This document shows positions 49,682 to 64,000 of a DNA stretch of 64,000 nt, piece by piece. The stretch's first letter is position 1. Each line of letters opens with the position of its first letter. The notes beneath the pieces were generated by a model. The model was not told the origin of the DNA, made no database searches, and worked only from the letters and a program-made list of their open reading frames with translations. Position numbers and translations under genes: made by a program. Source of the stretch: Eledone cirrhosa (taxonomy: Eukaryota); NCBI GenBank assembly GCA_964016885.1, contig OZ024745.1:132866001-132930000 (forward strand), read 5' to 3'.

Positions 49682-50784
49682 TCTTGTACCTGTTATTGTT
49701 TTTCTGTTAATTCATTTGCTTTCTTTGATTTGTTGAGTAAGGTTACATTACTATCTGTTGCCTTCCCTCTATTTATTGTATAACAGCATTTCCAATTAAC
49801 TTTTCTACTGCTTAGATATTAATGATATATATTTCTCTCCAACTAAATCATCTGATATAATTTCCCAGAAGTAATATTCCATTCGGTTTCCAATCTGATT
49901 AGTTTAGTAACACTGTTAAAAGAAATATTTCCCGGTTAATCTAATTGAAACTATCGATATTAAGATGTTGAGCCGGAGTTAATTTAGCAAATTTTAGGTC
50001 AGTGACACAGTTACAAGTTTGTAAATGTCTGACAAATATAGTTTCAATCGCGCGGGGACTATTTTATAGGGCTGTTTAATTTATCTTAAATAAACTGTAC
50101 AATTGACACGTGCTTACTTCTGTATGCTCCTGTAGTATTTGGACAGATACAAGTAAAACATATTGACATTAAGCGAAACAATATACATTCACTGATATTT
50201 GTTTTGATAATTTCATCTTACGCAAATTAACGGATTTCACAACTATGAACTATATTTAACCAGTTACTACTCACTCATTTCATCTAAAGAACAAGTATCC
50301 CATATAAAGTATTTATCTACAATACGCTGCTGATTATATTTGACATATATTCAACCTACATGCATTGATAACTCCACATGTTTTCATACGAAGAATATGA
50401 TATTTCAATACCAAAAATGTGTTCTTCCCGCTCCACATAATGACGTAATTCTCCTCGCATACATTTTCCTCATTTCAAGAGAACATCTTCACGCAATACT
50501 GTTATGCCTTCCTGTTTCAGAAAGGCAATATTTAGTCATACTATTTTTTAAATATATACATCTGCGTCTAGAGATTGATTTTTCTCAGTTTCAGATGACC
50601 ATGCTTAGAGGAAAGCAGAAATATTTTACTTAATCGTTTAATCTGTACAAATAATAAATATTTGCTCTAAGGGTTCATGTAAACTTGTATATATATCTAC
50701 ACTCCAAATTTACATTTCACCAACATTCTCGTAGTTTCTTAATTATGATTTATGTGTTATACGTTAATATGTGACTAAGGAATG

Positions 50785-50968
50785 ATGGATTGGCAGTATC
50801 AGTAGAGGGTCGGACGCCATGCCTGACGAAAAGAGTTACGTCCCTTTACGATCTGAGTTCAAATCCCGCCGAGGTTAACTTTGCCTTTCATCCTTACGGG
50901 GTCGATAAAATAAAGTACCAGTAATGTACTGGGTAATTGCTGGCCTTGTGCCAAAAAGTAGAAACAAT
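50785..50968 (+). mobile_element. SINE S1, near full length
   Basis: A/B boxes; 3' end GGCCTTGTGCCAAAAAGTAGAAACAATTATT. Confidence 0.92.
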
Positions 50969-52242
50969 TATTTTTATTAACGCAATTCACACCCATTATT
51001 TGTTGTTTTACATAATAGACCTCTACACATACCTTTATGTTTAGACTTACATTTCAATTGTTATTTACCCTCTGTTTCATTTTTCATATATAATTTCACG
51101 CCTGTTTGAAATTTGCTGGCTGAATTGAAATCAAGGATTTTGTGTCCATGAGTATATAACTACTGAATCTGTTTAAATTTGAATACAGGCGTAAAAATAA
51201 TGACATGGAATGGAAGTTTCGGGAAACGTTATGTTGGTGTGTTATTATCTTCTGATTGAGAAGTTTAAATGTGTCACTGATTTGATGATGATTAATGACA
51301 GACGTACATACGCTAAGCTAAATGTCGTTATGAGAGAAATATGTATTAAATAGTTAGCAAGTATAGCCTGATGGCAATAAAGTGTTAATTAGTTTAGCCA
51401 CTTCAAAAATAGAACTGTTTGTTCCATCAACCTACTGTTTAATCGTCACTATTTATGTACCCAATTGAATTCAAAAGTCCACTAAATTATAGAATAAAGT
51501 TATCCTCTGAGCACATGTTAGATATTCCTAGTGTTGAAGAATTAGGTTTTGAAATCTCTATTTTAAATATTTACCAGTTGCTAGTCTTTATTTTATTTTT
51601 AGGTACCTGTAATATCCTTGATATATTTGTCCCATCCAAGCCTTAAAGTCAAATTAATCACTTAGCATGCGTTGTAAATATTCATCTATCTTCCTTTCTC
51701 AAGTTTTGGAACAAGCCTAGTTAAAACACTCAACGATATTACCGAATTACATCATCAGAATCATTGATGTGGTCTCTGGGTATTCTTATTAAATAGCATC
51801 AACCACTCCAAAGCGTAACTTTTCCCTTTAGATAAATAAAATCATTGGACTCCGGCAAGCTGTTGACACTACAAAAGCTCAATGGAATACTATTCTCATA
51901 TTGTCGAGTTAAGCTATAAAAACTGACGTCATTGACTGCATACAAAACAAAAGAACGAAGAGAATAGCATGACCACACACCATTTTACACATGTGTTTCA
52001 GTCAACAAATGTGCTCTTTTCTCATTATATATAACGCATGCAATTGTATATCACCCCAAACAGCCCACGATCTATTCAGCTTTAATTAAAACATGCTACG
52101 GAGAGGAAATTTCTACACACGTTCGTTTCTAACGATGTTGATTTTCATCTGTTCAAATTGAACGTAAACTGCATTAATTTCACGAGGTTACTAGTGTCAT
52201 AAAGAATGTCCATAATAAATTGTATATAATGTAATATAATAT

Positions 52243-52429
52243 AATTGTTTCTACTTTTTGGCACAAGGCAAGCAATTACCCAGTACATTACTGGTACATT
52301 ATTTTATGGACCCCGTAAGGATGAAAGGCAAAGTTAACCTCGGCGGGATTTGAACTCAGAATGGCAAGGGCCGTAACTCTATGCGTCAAAACATGGCGTC
52401 CGACCCTCTAGCGATACTGCCAATTCACC
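52243..52429 (-). mobile_element. SINE S1, near full length
   Basis: Reverse complement of the S1 consensus; flanked by ATAAT-type repeats. Confidence 0.92.
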
Positions 52430-52987
52430 TATAATATAATATGATTAGTGGGCCACTAAGTCAGAGTTTAAGAATAATAAATGTGTATATGAAGATATAT
52501 ATATATACAAGCACATATAATACTTTGATATGCAATAAAAATACGGGACGCCTTGCCTCCGAAGGAATTTTAAAAAATCATAACGTCGTTATTATAAAAT
52601 AACCAGTATATTCGGAAAGTATAAGAAAAATCTGTTTCAGGATTAGTTAATCTTTCAACAAAGACACACTTAGAACATGGAAGAGTTTATAGTCTTCAAA
52701 ACATTTTGCATGATGACATGCTGGAGACGCTTAATTCCATATAGTAAAACATGAGCTGGAAGAGGTCATTTGCATATATTGCTAGCTTGGCTGGTTAAAA
52801 TTGATGGGCAGTAGCACTAAGACAGCGAGTAAACTTAATAGAGGTGTATATAAAGACATATATAAACATATGTTCATTAGTTCTAGACCTATTATATATG
52901 TTAAATATGAGTCTTCATAGACACCCCAAATATAATATGATATATTATAATGTATACATATATATATGTATATACACACACATACAT

Positions 52988-53017
<30 letters not shown>

Positions 53018-53018
<1 letters not shown>

Positions 53019-53175
53019 GTAATAATAATAAATGTTAAGACTAAAATCCAAAGAGGGCTCGATAAGGATAAATATATATCAAATATATAAGAACCCTAGA
53101 GCAAATATTTATTAAAACACCAGATTAAATTTTAAGCAAGGAATCGCTGCTTTCACCCTTAACGGGATCTTCTGT
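53018..53175. repeat. Two-module repeat; rearranged paralog at 56895-57062
   Basis: Module B (CAGATTAAA..AAGCAAGGAATCGCTGCTTTCA..TTAACGGGATCTTCTG) is direct in both copies; module A is inverted and on the other side in the second copy. Confidence 0.8.
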
Positions 53176-53187
53176 ATATATATATAA

Positions 53188-53250
<63 letters not shown>

Positions 53251-53471
53251 TATGTATATAATGTATATATGTTTGTATATGATGTATATATGATATGTGT
53301 ATATATATATATGTGTGTATATATATAATGTATATATATATAGAGAGAAAGAGAGGGAGAGAGAGAATGCGAAGTAGTTGTAGATGTTAACATCCTTCAT
53401 TGATAAAGCTCTGATACATATTTCAATGACGACAAGGGCCACGTAATTTCACGGAACTAGTGTCATGATCT

Positions 53472-53575
<104 letters not shown>

Positions 53576-53713
53576 GGGTAGATAGATATATCTGAATGAT
53601 GTCCCTTGTTACAGTAAGATATATTTGATAAAAGCGAAATCTTCTCTGGCGGCTGGTATTATTTATTTATTCAACTTTTAAAATTATATCGGTATTTATA
53701 TTAGTATTGAGTC

Positions 53714-53796
53714 AGGGCCCGACAGCCGACCTCTTGCAGCTTTGACAGCAACTTCCAGCTTGTCGAAACGGCAAGAGCCCAGCCATCGGGCTCTCA
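53714..53796. repeat. Decayed hairpin related to the 58385 family
   Basis: GTCGAAACGGCAAGAGCCCAGCCATCGGG with an imperfect inverted left arm. Confidence 0.55.
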
Positions 53797-54557
53797 TTCA
53801 CTCTTGTATTTAACTTCAGTATTTAATGACATGACATGCTATCATGCAGCTATATTAAACTTGATAGTAATTGCCTTCTTCTTAGAGAAGAGAGGAATAA
53901 GTATTTCTTATGTGCCACGATGGACATTTAGAAAGGCAAAATGCAATCTTCTTATTTCTGTAACGATAGTCGATCTCAAATTGTTTGACAAAACCCACCT
54001 TCCAATTACTGAAATATATCACAATTCACTAAATAATATAATATAAATAATATAATAATTTTTTTCAAATCACTACAGTATAGTAATTTGTTTTTATTAT
54101 TATTTCTCATTATTTTTCAAGCGATTCTATTACACTAGAAGTTTTCAATTAAATAACACATTTTTTTTATGACATCCATATGAGGTTTTGACATCTTGTA
54201 TCATATTACTTTATTGCAAAATGTATTGTCCTCTCGATAATAATCCTTGTGTTTCAATGAATATCTTTCGGAGACATTCTCAAAGTGAATTATAACTATT
54301 TGAATAACACAAACGCTAAGAGTGGTATCTAACGAAATTTGGAATATCAGTTATTAGAAAGGCCCCCATTCAATATATGACCTTCTCATTAAAATGTTTT
54401 CTATGTAGATAAGAAATAAAATAACAACTTAGAAATACATTTATTTTGAAAGTAAATGCAATTATCCTTATAACGTAAATGTAATTATACGTAACCCAAA
54501 ATATAAGAAGATACACTGACAGTATAGTTATCTTCTGTCAGGAAACAACAACAAAAA

Positions 54558-54624
<67 letters not shown>

Positions 54625-54651
54625 TAACCACTACTATTACTACTACCAACA

Positions 54652-54905
54652 ATAATGATTTCTTTATTAACCACAAGGGTTTACATAAAGTAGATATTAA
54701 GGACAGTGCAGGACAATACAGGACGGTACTAATGGGCATTTCTGCGTGTAAAAAACAAAAACAGAGGATGCAACAAAAAATAACAATGAAAAATTCCCCA
54801 ATAGGGGGCAGAATTCGGAGGAACATTTGTCTCCAGGCGCTCCCTCTCGGTCTTCGCTTGACCCAGGACTGCAGCTCCGTCAAGGAAACGAGCTTGGGAA
54901 ATACG
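54652..54905 (-). mobile_element. Tx1-clade LINE 3' UTR joined by deletion to an internal ORF2 piece
   Basis: [17 protein letters not shown] identical to the 42-44 kb copy; 3' end AATAAAGAAATCATTATT then (TAG)n on minus. Confidence 0.9.
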
Positions 54906-54912
54906 TGTCTAG

Positions 54913-55157
<245 letters not shown>

Positions 55158-55829
55158 CCTACTTACATACATATATAAGTGCTTCCCTCTCGCGTTTGAA
55201 GTCAGAGATAATAGATTTTTTCACACATGACAATGAGGGTTATTACATCCCTATAAACATATAGGTGAACTTGAGCACGAAATTACTGTGAATAAAGTAT
55301 ATTTGTTCTCTTATCAAACAATGGACTCTAAAAATGACCATCACATTTAAATAAAGATATTTATTTCGCAAACATATATCTTCTAAATAACACAAACAAT
55401 ATTTTTTGTCTCCGATTTCATTCCAAACTTTATAAGTTAATTGTCTTGGGAATAATATAAAGGGTTTGTGTCTAATAATATAAGACTTAGACTTTGTTCC
55501 ATACGTATTAACACTACGTATATTTGTTTTTCTGTAGAAAAATATTGCTAGTAATAAGGTCGTTAAAAACAGTTTATAATGTTGACAATCATGAAGATAT
55601 CCATGTTAATAGTGTCTCACCAGACGACATTTATTGAATAAATGTACACTTGTGTGTATTGCAATGTTCTTTTACTTCACCTTCCCAACATTTCTAGCAT
55701 TACCTCTCACTCCATGTAGTAACAACACTCTTACTTTAACTTGTAGCTCATTACACTTATCTCCCATTTATATTCTATCCTAAGATGTCGAACATGAGAC
55801 ACAGACAAATGTACCAATATCAAAGTATT

Positions 55830-55871
<42 letters not shown>

Positions 55872-55872
55872 T

Positions 55873-56128
55873 AGTGGGCACTTGACCTGGTGGTCAGGGT
55901 CACCGTGGCTTTTTTCAATGGGCTTTCTCCACGATAGCCCTCGGAAGTCTCCCCTCTATTGGAGAATTTTTCATTGTTCTTTTTTTGTTACATCCTCTGT
56001 TTTTTTTCGTTTTTTATTTACACGCAGAGATGCCCATTTGTACCGTCCTGTATTGTGCTGTACTGTCTTTAATGTCTAATTTGTGTAAACCCTTGTGGTT
56101 AATAAAGAAAGCATTTTTATTATTATTA
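55873..56128 (+). mobile_element. Tx1-clade LINE 3' UTR stub with (TTA)n tail
   Basis: Colinear with 43820-44061. Confidence 0.9.
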
Positions 56129-56308
56129 TTGGCAGTATTGGTAGAAAGGTCGGACATGCTTTCCAGCGTAGTTACGTCCCTTTACGATCATAGTTCAAAT
56201 CCCACCGAGATTAACTTTGCCTTTCATTTTTTCGGGGTCGATAAAATAAAGTACCAGTAACGTACTGCGATAATTGCTGGCCTTGTGCCAAAAGTAGAAA
56301 CAATTATT
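56129..56308 (+). mobile_element. SINE S1 directly following the Tx1 (TTA)n tail
   Basis: TTGGCAGTATTGGTAGA...GGCCTTGTGCCAAAAGTAGAAACAATTATT; followed by (CAT)n. Confidence 0.92.
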
Positions 56309-56345
56309 AATTATCATCATCCCCATCATCATCATCATCACCATT

Positions 56346-56395
<50 letters not shown>

Positions 56396-57073
56396 TATTA
56401 AAATTGCACTTTGTATATCAACAGATAATTTAACCAATAATGTTGCTAAGTGTTGCGTGTTTTCTTCACTAAGACATGTCTATCTCTCTCTGGCGTCTAG
56501 CTGTCTGCAAAGTTTTTCATTTTTGCCAAGCGGTTCTTGTGAAGCAGACCTTAGTGTGTATCTTGTGAAACCTGGCCGAATGCGCGTTGCACAGTTCACT
56601 GTCTAGATGAAATTACAGTTCATTGCCAACTTTTGAGTAATCACGTTATTGACAGTCTGTTGATCGGAGATGGTACAATTATAGCTTAATGATTCACTTT
56701 GATTCATACATGTTCGGAGGAACCATTATCTGCAACACACTCAATATTAGCCAGAGTGTCAGGCATACATGCCAGCCACACAACATACAATTCATTATGA
56801 ATGTTGGTAAGGCTTCTACAATATATTTTTATTCTCTGTATCTTTGTTAATATATATATATCTATATATATATATATATATATATATTAATTTATTGAAA
56901 TAACAGATTAAAGTTTAAGCAAGGAATCGCTGCTTTCAACCTTAACGGGATCTTCTGAAATATATGTATATATTTGCTCTAGCTTTCTTCTATATTTGAT
57001 ATATATTTAGCCTTATCGAACCCTCTCTGGATTTTAGTCTCCACATTTATTATTATTACTATATATATATATA

Positions 57074-58377
57074 CAGGGTGTGGCATAAAAACTGTTACAA
57101 AATAAAATGCAAATAGTTCTTGGAAAAAACATTTATTTCAAGATTTGACTTCAACAAATAGTAAGTAATATACTATTAAACAACTGCCCAAAAATGTATT
57201 CGAAATGCTTTCATCTAGCTCTCACTACTGCTCGAAGACTTGTAGGAAAGTCTTCGATGGCTGCAAGAACAGTTTCCATGGGTATTTTCTCCCATCATTT
57301 ATTCAGTTTTGATTTTAGAGTTTCAATATTTTGGCTAGGAGTAGAGCAGGCTTCACTCTCAAGAATTGACCATAAGGAAAAATCGAGAGGGTTGAGATCA
57401 GGTTATGTCGGAGGCCACTCTTCCTTACTGATCCATGCAGGACAATGGTCTCTACACCACTGTTGTGTTACGCAAGCAGTGTGGCTCGTCGCTCCATCTT
57501 GTTGGAGAGTCCAAATGTCATCGTCATAAACAGATATGCACAATGGCATCAGTGCTCCTTCCAAAATATCCTTTATGCAAAGTTCTTTGTTAATTTTAAC
57601 TCCTTGAGACACAAAAATCAGAGGAGACTTCCCTCTTTCAGAAATGGCTGCCCAAGCCATCAGTGATGCTGGTTTCCCTGTTCTGAATACTTTTCCTACA
57701 CTTGAAGGAATTGATTTGAGACTTTTTGCAAGTTTTCGATCATTTTGATGATTGTGAGACTGCTGCACAGTGAATAACTTCTCATCTGTAAAGGTCATGT
57801 TTTACAGCGTGCCTTCCTTGATACTGTCCAATAATAGTTTAATTCTTGAGAGCCTATTTTCAATTGTGGCTGCAGAAAGAAGCTGCCTCTTTTGGAACTT
57901 ATAGGGGGACATCCCCAGATCATCTCGACATATCCTCCGTATAGTTCTCGGCGATGTTTCTGCTTCTTCCGCCATTTTTCTCATGGACCTTCTTGGATTA
58001 CGCCTTATTTTTTCCCTCACACTTTTAACAAGTTTTGCTGTTCTTGAGGTGCGAGGGTGTCCGGATTGAGGTCTGTCTTTGGGTGTGGAAGTGTCCTTAA
58101 ATTGATTAATTGTCCTTTTGATCAACATTCTATTGATATTAAGAATTTTCCCCAGTTTAAATATCTTGGGTGGAGTCAGGCCTTTTTCATGCTTCTCTAT
58201 AATGAACTTTCTTTTAAATTCTATGGACATTACAAATAGTTAATGGAGTAATTTTCTGAAAAATAGTTAATATGGTTATAGTGCATGGATTTGATACAAA
58301 TATATTAGTTATATTAGCAACATAATGTATTTTTAAATTGATTTAAAACTTTGTAACAGGAATTATGCCCCACCCTG
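57074..58377 (-). mobile_element. Full-length Tc1/mariner-superfamily element, DD37D (maT) type; transposase pseudogene (58230 to ~57190)
   Basis: ~28-bp TIRs CAGGGTG(T/G)GGCATAA...CTGTTACAAA with TA TSD; FTDEK, QQDGATSH, WPPT*PDLNPLD with 37 positions between the last two Asp; several in-frame stops. Confidence 0.93.
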
Positions 58378-58384
58378 TAGATAT

Positions 58385-58571
58385 ATAGGAACGAGTAGGA
58401 CACCGACGGCTGAGCTCAAGCCGTTTCGACGGCTAATTCAGAATTAGCCGTCGAAACGGCTTGAGCTCAGCCGTCGGGGTCCTACTCGTTCCTATTACCC
58501 ACTCTACTACCCTAAGTATTGAGTACTTTGGTGCGTTATGGTCCACCTGGTTCCTTACCACATTTCCTTCG

Positions 58572-58572
<1 letters not shown>
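58385..58572. mobile_element. Short (TA)n-flanked element with a near-perfect ~110-nt hairpin containing a hammerhead-like motif; relatives at 58648-58725 and 60803-60912
   Basis: Arms of ~55 bp around 58440; each arm has GAAA-CGGC-TTGAGCTCA-GCCG-TC; distal end TGGTGCGTTATG..CCA.CTGGTTCCTTACCACA shared with 60867-60900. Confidence 0.7.
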
Positions 58573-58652
<80 letters not shown>

Positions 58653-58730
58653 AAAAGAGTCAAGACTCCGATGGCTGAACTCTCTGACCGTTTCGACAAC
58701 TAGATCCGAACTTTCGAAACGGGTTGATTA

Positions 58731-58783
<53 letters not shown>

Positions 58784-59711
58784 GCGTTACTATAGCTAAA
58801 AAGTCGTCGTAATTTAGTGGATATAGTTTTGATTAAATAATATAAGGAGGAAAATGATTGTAATTGAGGTGAGATTACATACGACCAATGGTGTGCCAAT
58901 AGAAATAATGAGAAGGAAAATTGAGAAATCAAGCATCTTATATAGAATGTTGTCATCGGGGAATTATTTAATTTTGCTTTAAACTTCATCATCTTAGACG
59001 GTTCTTATGTTAGTTATAGTAATATATTTTCATGGGATCTAATGTACATATTCAATATAATTTAATGCTTTGAAATTAACTCCAAATGAATATATTGTCA
59101 TCATTAGTGAACCAAGCAAAGGACGAAAAAGCTTGGAATTATACTGTATAGACAATATGTAATTATTTTATTAACCGATTGAACCAATATTTTCTAAGAA
59201 TTAACCTTTATTTCTAGCAGATCTAATGAATACTTGGTCTCAACGTTGGCTTTTACTTGCCTCAAGAACGCCGGAAGAAGGATATGGACAACGAACATCT
59301 CTTGATTAGGTTACCTTATGTATAAGAGTCCGGGAAAGGTTTCAAGTTGAGGGGCTATTATATTTTCGGGAATAGAAGAAATGTGTATTAATTTTTATAT
59401 CAGGCAGACCATTGACATCATATTATTATAGCAATTGAAGTTTGCAAATTTTGAAATGATGTAGACTAATTTCATTAGTTATGGCCACCATTCTACAATA
59501 ATTTCTAGAGAGGCTTGCTATGATATGTTTTCTATAATTAATACAATGGTCTCTCGTTGATAAGATAGACAGGGATTAATTAGTAATTTATCTTATGCCA
59601 TTATGTCTATTCATGCGTATACACATAGAGATGTAATAAAATTAATTAAATAATGTATGTTGCAGACATTAATTACTAATTTTATATTTAAACCACCGAT
59701 AAAATAAAATG

Positions 59712-60588
<877 letters not shown>

Positions 60589-60919
60589 AAATTATTGTTA
60601 CAATTGGGTATATTTAAAAAAAGGAAAAGAATGACATCACTTGTAGTTCTAAACAATTTTATTTTATTTTATATTATAATTTTACAATTTGGTTTTGTAG
60701 ATATCTCTCTCTCTCTCTATCTATCTATATATATATCTATATCTATATATATATATATATATATATCTATATATATATATCTATATATATATATATATAT
60801 ATATAGGAAAAATATGACCCCGACGGCAGAGCTCAAGCCGTTTCGATGGCTATTTCAGGACTATTCTGGTGCGTTATGATCCATCTGGTTCCTTACCACA
60901 ATTCCTTTGTTATATATAT

Positions 60920-61613
60920 ATTAGAAAGTGAGGTTTTTTTTACAAAATGAAAAATAACCGAGGTGTCCTACACGAGTGAAAGTGTAAAGAAAAAAGATGA
61001 AATCGAAAATGCAACTGGAGTCTTATTTTAAAAAAAATATATATATTTATTTGGTTCCTTTACCGGTTTAGCAGTTCTTCTGCTTTTCAAAAGTAGAGTT
61101 GAGATGGAGGGTCTGTGGTTTTTCTCACATCTGGATGGTCTCTGAATGTTACTTGTTTTATATGGAAAAAGTGGCTCGAAATGCCAGGTTTTTCGAGAAG
61201 TAATTTGATTGGTTGGTCAATAATTATAATAAATTTCGCGCCAGTTCGCGTTACAAAGTTCTTCAAACAAGGGAGGGGGGTCACAGTTTTTTTCATATAT
61301 GAGTGTTTGAATTTCTTTTTACTTAAAAAAAGGGGGGCTCACGAAGGCTTTTTTTAAATAAACGTAATTTGATTGGTTATGAATTAAATTATGACTGTTA
61401 CGTGAACAAGTTTTCATTAAATTTCGCGCCCTTATTTGGAAATCTATTCTGTAGCCTTTTTAGAGAATTTTATGCCAAGTAAAGATAATGGTCAAGAGAA
61501 ATTGGATGGGAGAATTGTTCTGGTTCAGTGAATATGGTTAGTTCGCTGGGGTGTCAGAATTCAGATTTTCTATTGAATAAAGAAAGTAAAGATATGTATG
61601 TTTATTTGTGTGC

Positions 61614-61648
<35 letters not shown>

Positions 61649-62235
61649 TGTGTTGTGTGTGTGTGTTTGAATTTCTTTTTACTTAAAATAGGGGGGCTCA
61701 TGAAGGCTTTTTTTAAATAAACGTAATTTGATTGGTTAAAAATGAAATTATGGTTGTCACGTGAACAAGTTTTCATTAAATTTTCGCGACCTTATTTGGA
61801 AATCTATTCTGTAGCCTTTTTAGAGAATTTTATGACATGTAAAAGATAATTGTTTCTACTTTTGGCACAAGGCCAGCAATTAACGAGTAGATTACTGGTA
61901 CTTTATTTTATCGACCCCGTAAGGATGAAAGGCAAAGTTAACCTCGGCGGGATTTGAACTCAGAATGGCAAGGGCCGTAACTCTATACGTCAAAGCATGG
62001 CGTCCGACCCTCTACCGATACTGCCAATTCACCAAAAGATAATGGTCAACAGAAATTGGATGGGCGAATTGTCTGGTTCAGTGAATATGGTTAGTTCGCT
62101 GGGGTGTCAGAATATACTTTAAAAAAAGGGGGCTCACAAGGGCTTTTTTTTTAATAAACGTAAATTGATTGGTTATGAATGAAATTATGGCTGTCACGTG
62201 AACAAGCTTTCATTAAATTTTCGCGCCCTTATTTA
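60920..62235. repeat. (TA)n-flanked element with internal ~270-360-bp tandem units
   Basis: Units at ~61300, ~61660 and ~62120 (partial; related at 61200) share GGGGGCTCA, TTGATTGGTT, ACGTGAACAAG and TTTCGCG. Confidence 0.8.
61851..62033 (-). mobile_element. SINE S1 with 10-bp TSD; empty site preserved in the neighbouring tandem unit
   Basis: AAAAGATAAT at 61841-61850 and 62034-62043; uninterrupted AAAGATAATGGTC at 61481. Confidence 0.95.
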
Positions 62236-64000
62236 TATATATATATATATATGCATATACAGCAATCATTTATATATTTATATAAATTCTATCGGGAATC
62301 TCATTGTTACTTATATAAGCGCGATCATTGCTTGCGTCGAACGCTAATGGATAATTTTAAGTAATTATTCATGTCATATTCACCAAAACCAAATTCTATA
62401 TTTTCAATATCAAGCAGTTAAACTTTTGAACTCTGATAGAATCCTATGAACTCAATTCCATAGTATTTAAAAATAGTCCATTGACAGGTCAGTCGATGAA
62501 TTTTACATGTAACAAGACTACTTGTAGCATACAAGTCGTAGAGTTTAGATTTGCAACAGGGCTCAAATTTATGATTCGTGTTTGGATGATTATTGTTCGT
62601 TATCTTTGCGAAGTCAAAGATCGTCAATAACTGCCAATCGAGCTTTTCCTCTCATTGCATTCATATCATTTCAATCGGCGTTCAATTGACATTTCGATAT
62701 AACTAAATTGGCTCCAAAGTAGTTGGAGTTATATTTTATATTTGACGAGCTAGGGCGTAATTCACGATTTCTTTTACATAAGAGCAGCTAAGAGCATTCG
62801 ATTTAATTTATATGCCTATTAGTGTCAAATTTCGTAATAATATCATGTTAAGAATTTTAGACGTTTCATTCAAACTGTGAACGCCATTTTGATGGAAATA
62901 CCCAATCATTTTCTTTTTAAAAGAAAACCAAAATTTTAAAGAATGCAGATATAATTATCATATCCTTTCTCATACAATCTCCAAGGGAATACTTTATATC
63001 TAATTGGTAGTATTACCGACTGTATCTGATATTTAATGACATAGTTTAGTGTTAAGACAAGGTGGTATTTTTTTCCCAGGCCGGGAATTAAGCATTTCGG
63101 TAATGTATTTTTCACTATAATTTTCTGATTATATGCGTTAAAATACTTTAGTGTAACGGTCGCATATCGGTGACGGTGAAAATGTTGCACACAACAACAT
63201 CTCTGAATGCATATAAAAAGACAGAACTAGCTTGCAAAACTACATTGAATATGATAAAACATCTGGTTAATATGCTTCGAGATAATGTTTCTTCTATTAA
63301 ATTGTCCATATATATGGCATTTCTAGCTTTCAGCTATCATCATTCTATTGCTGATTTAAGTATCAATACTGAATAAAATTGGTAAAAAATCAAAGTGTAT
63401 AACCATATAAACGGTCAGAAATACAGCAGAATTATTGTTATGAAATAGAAATATGTTCTTGTTTAAAGTCTACAAGTATACAAGAACGGCTGCTGTCGAA
63501 ACCCTATCATGTGTGTGAAAGTAGTTTCCGTGTACGCAATTTTAAAGGGAGACGCGCATACACACACGAAAATAAGTACACACGTATGTACACAAATACT
63601 CATATTCCAACACACACACACACATATACACATATATATCTATATATATATATATGAAAAATATGTACCAGTAAAATGTGTTTGTGTAGATAAGTGTACA
63701 AACGAAAATAAAAGATTGCTTACCAAGGTATTTTTCTCACCAAGGTCCTTGTATGTTACACCAATAGTCCAATAAGAGGGATCAGATTATAGTATCCAGT
63801 TTGAAGATCATGGAGTAATAATATTTTTAAATGTAAAGGAAAAACAAATACTAGACGTGAAGTATAGAAATATTTTATCAAAAGTTCGTTCTTTAACATA
63901 TGTTTCAATAGAATATAAGTTTTCATAGCGCTGGTTGCATAATAATATTATTATTAAGGCTATTAATTAGGATTATATTTAATATTGCATTTCGTCAGAA

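Overview
AT-rich, microsatellite-dense eukaryotic (metazoan) DNA with no recognisable host gene. The repeat content resembles a coleoid cephalopod such as Octopus; this is inference only. Almost everything interpretable is transposable element. The centre (about 21-50 kb) is a pile-up of retroelements at (TAA/TTA)n microsatellites. It has two R4/Dong-like restriction-like-endonuclease (RLE) non-LTR families, A (7 copies) and B (3 copies, one full length), all on the minus strand and mostly in head-to-tail trains. A Tx1/L1-clade LINE inserts into the same repeats in the opposite orientation. A tRNA-headed SINE shares its last ~25 nt with that Tx1 LINE and inserts at ATT sites with 10-20 bp target-site duplications (TSDs). 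Separately, several short ORF-less fold-back elements next to (TA)n tracts carry Penelope-type minimal hammerhead-ribozyme motifs. Also present are decayed RTE LINEs, a mariner remnant, a full-length DD37D (maT) Tc1/mariner pseudo-element and other SINEs. All family calls come from motif recognition by eye; no database searches were run.
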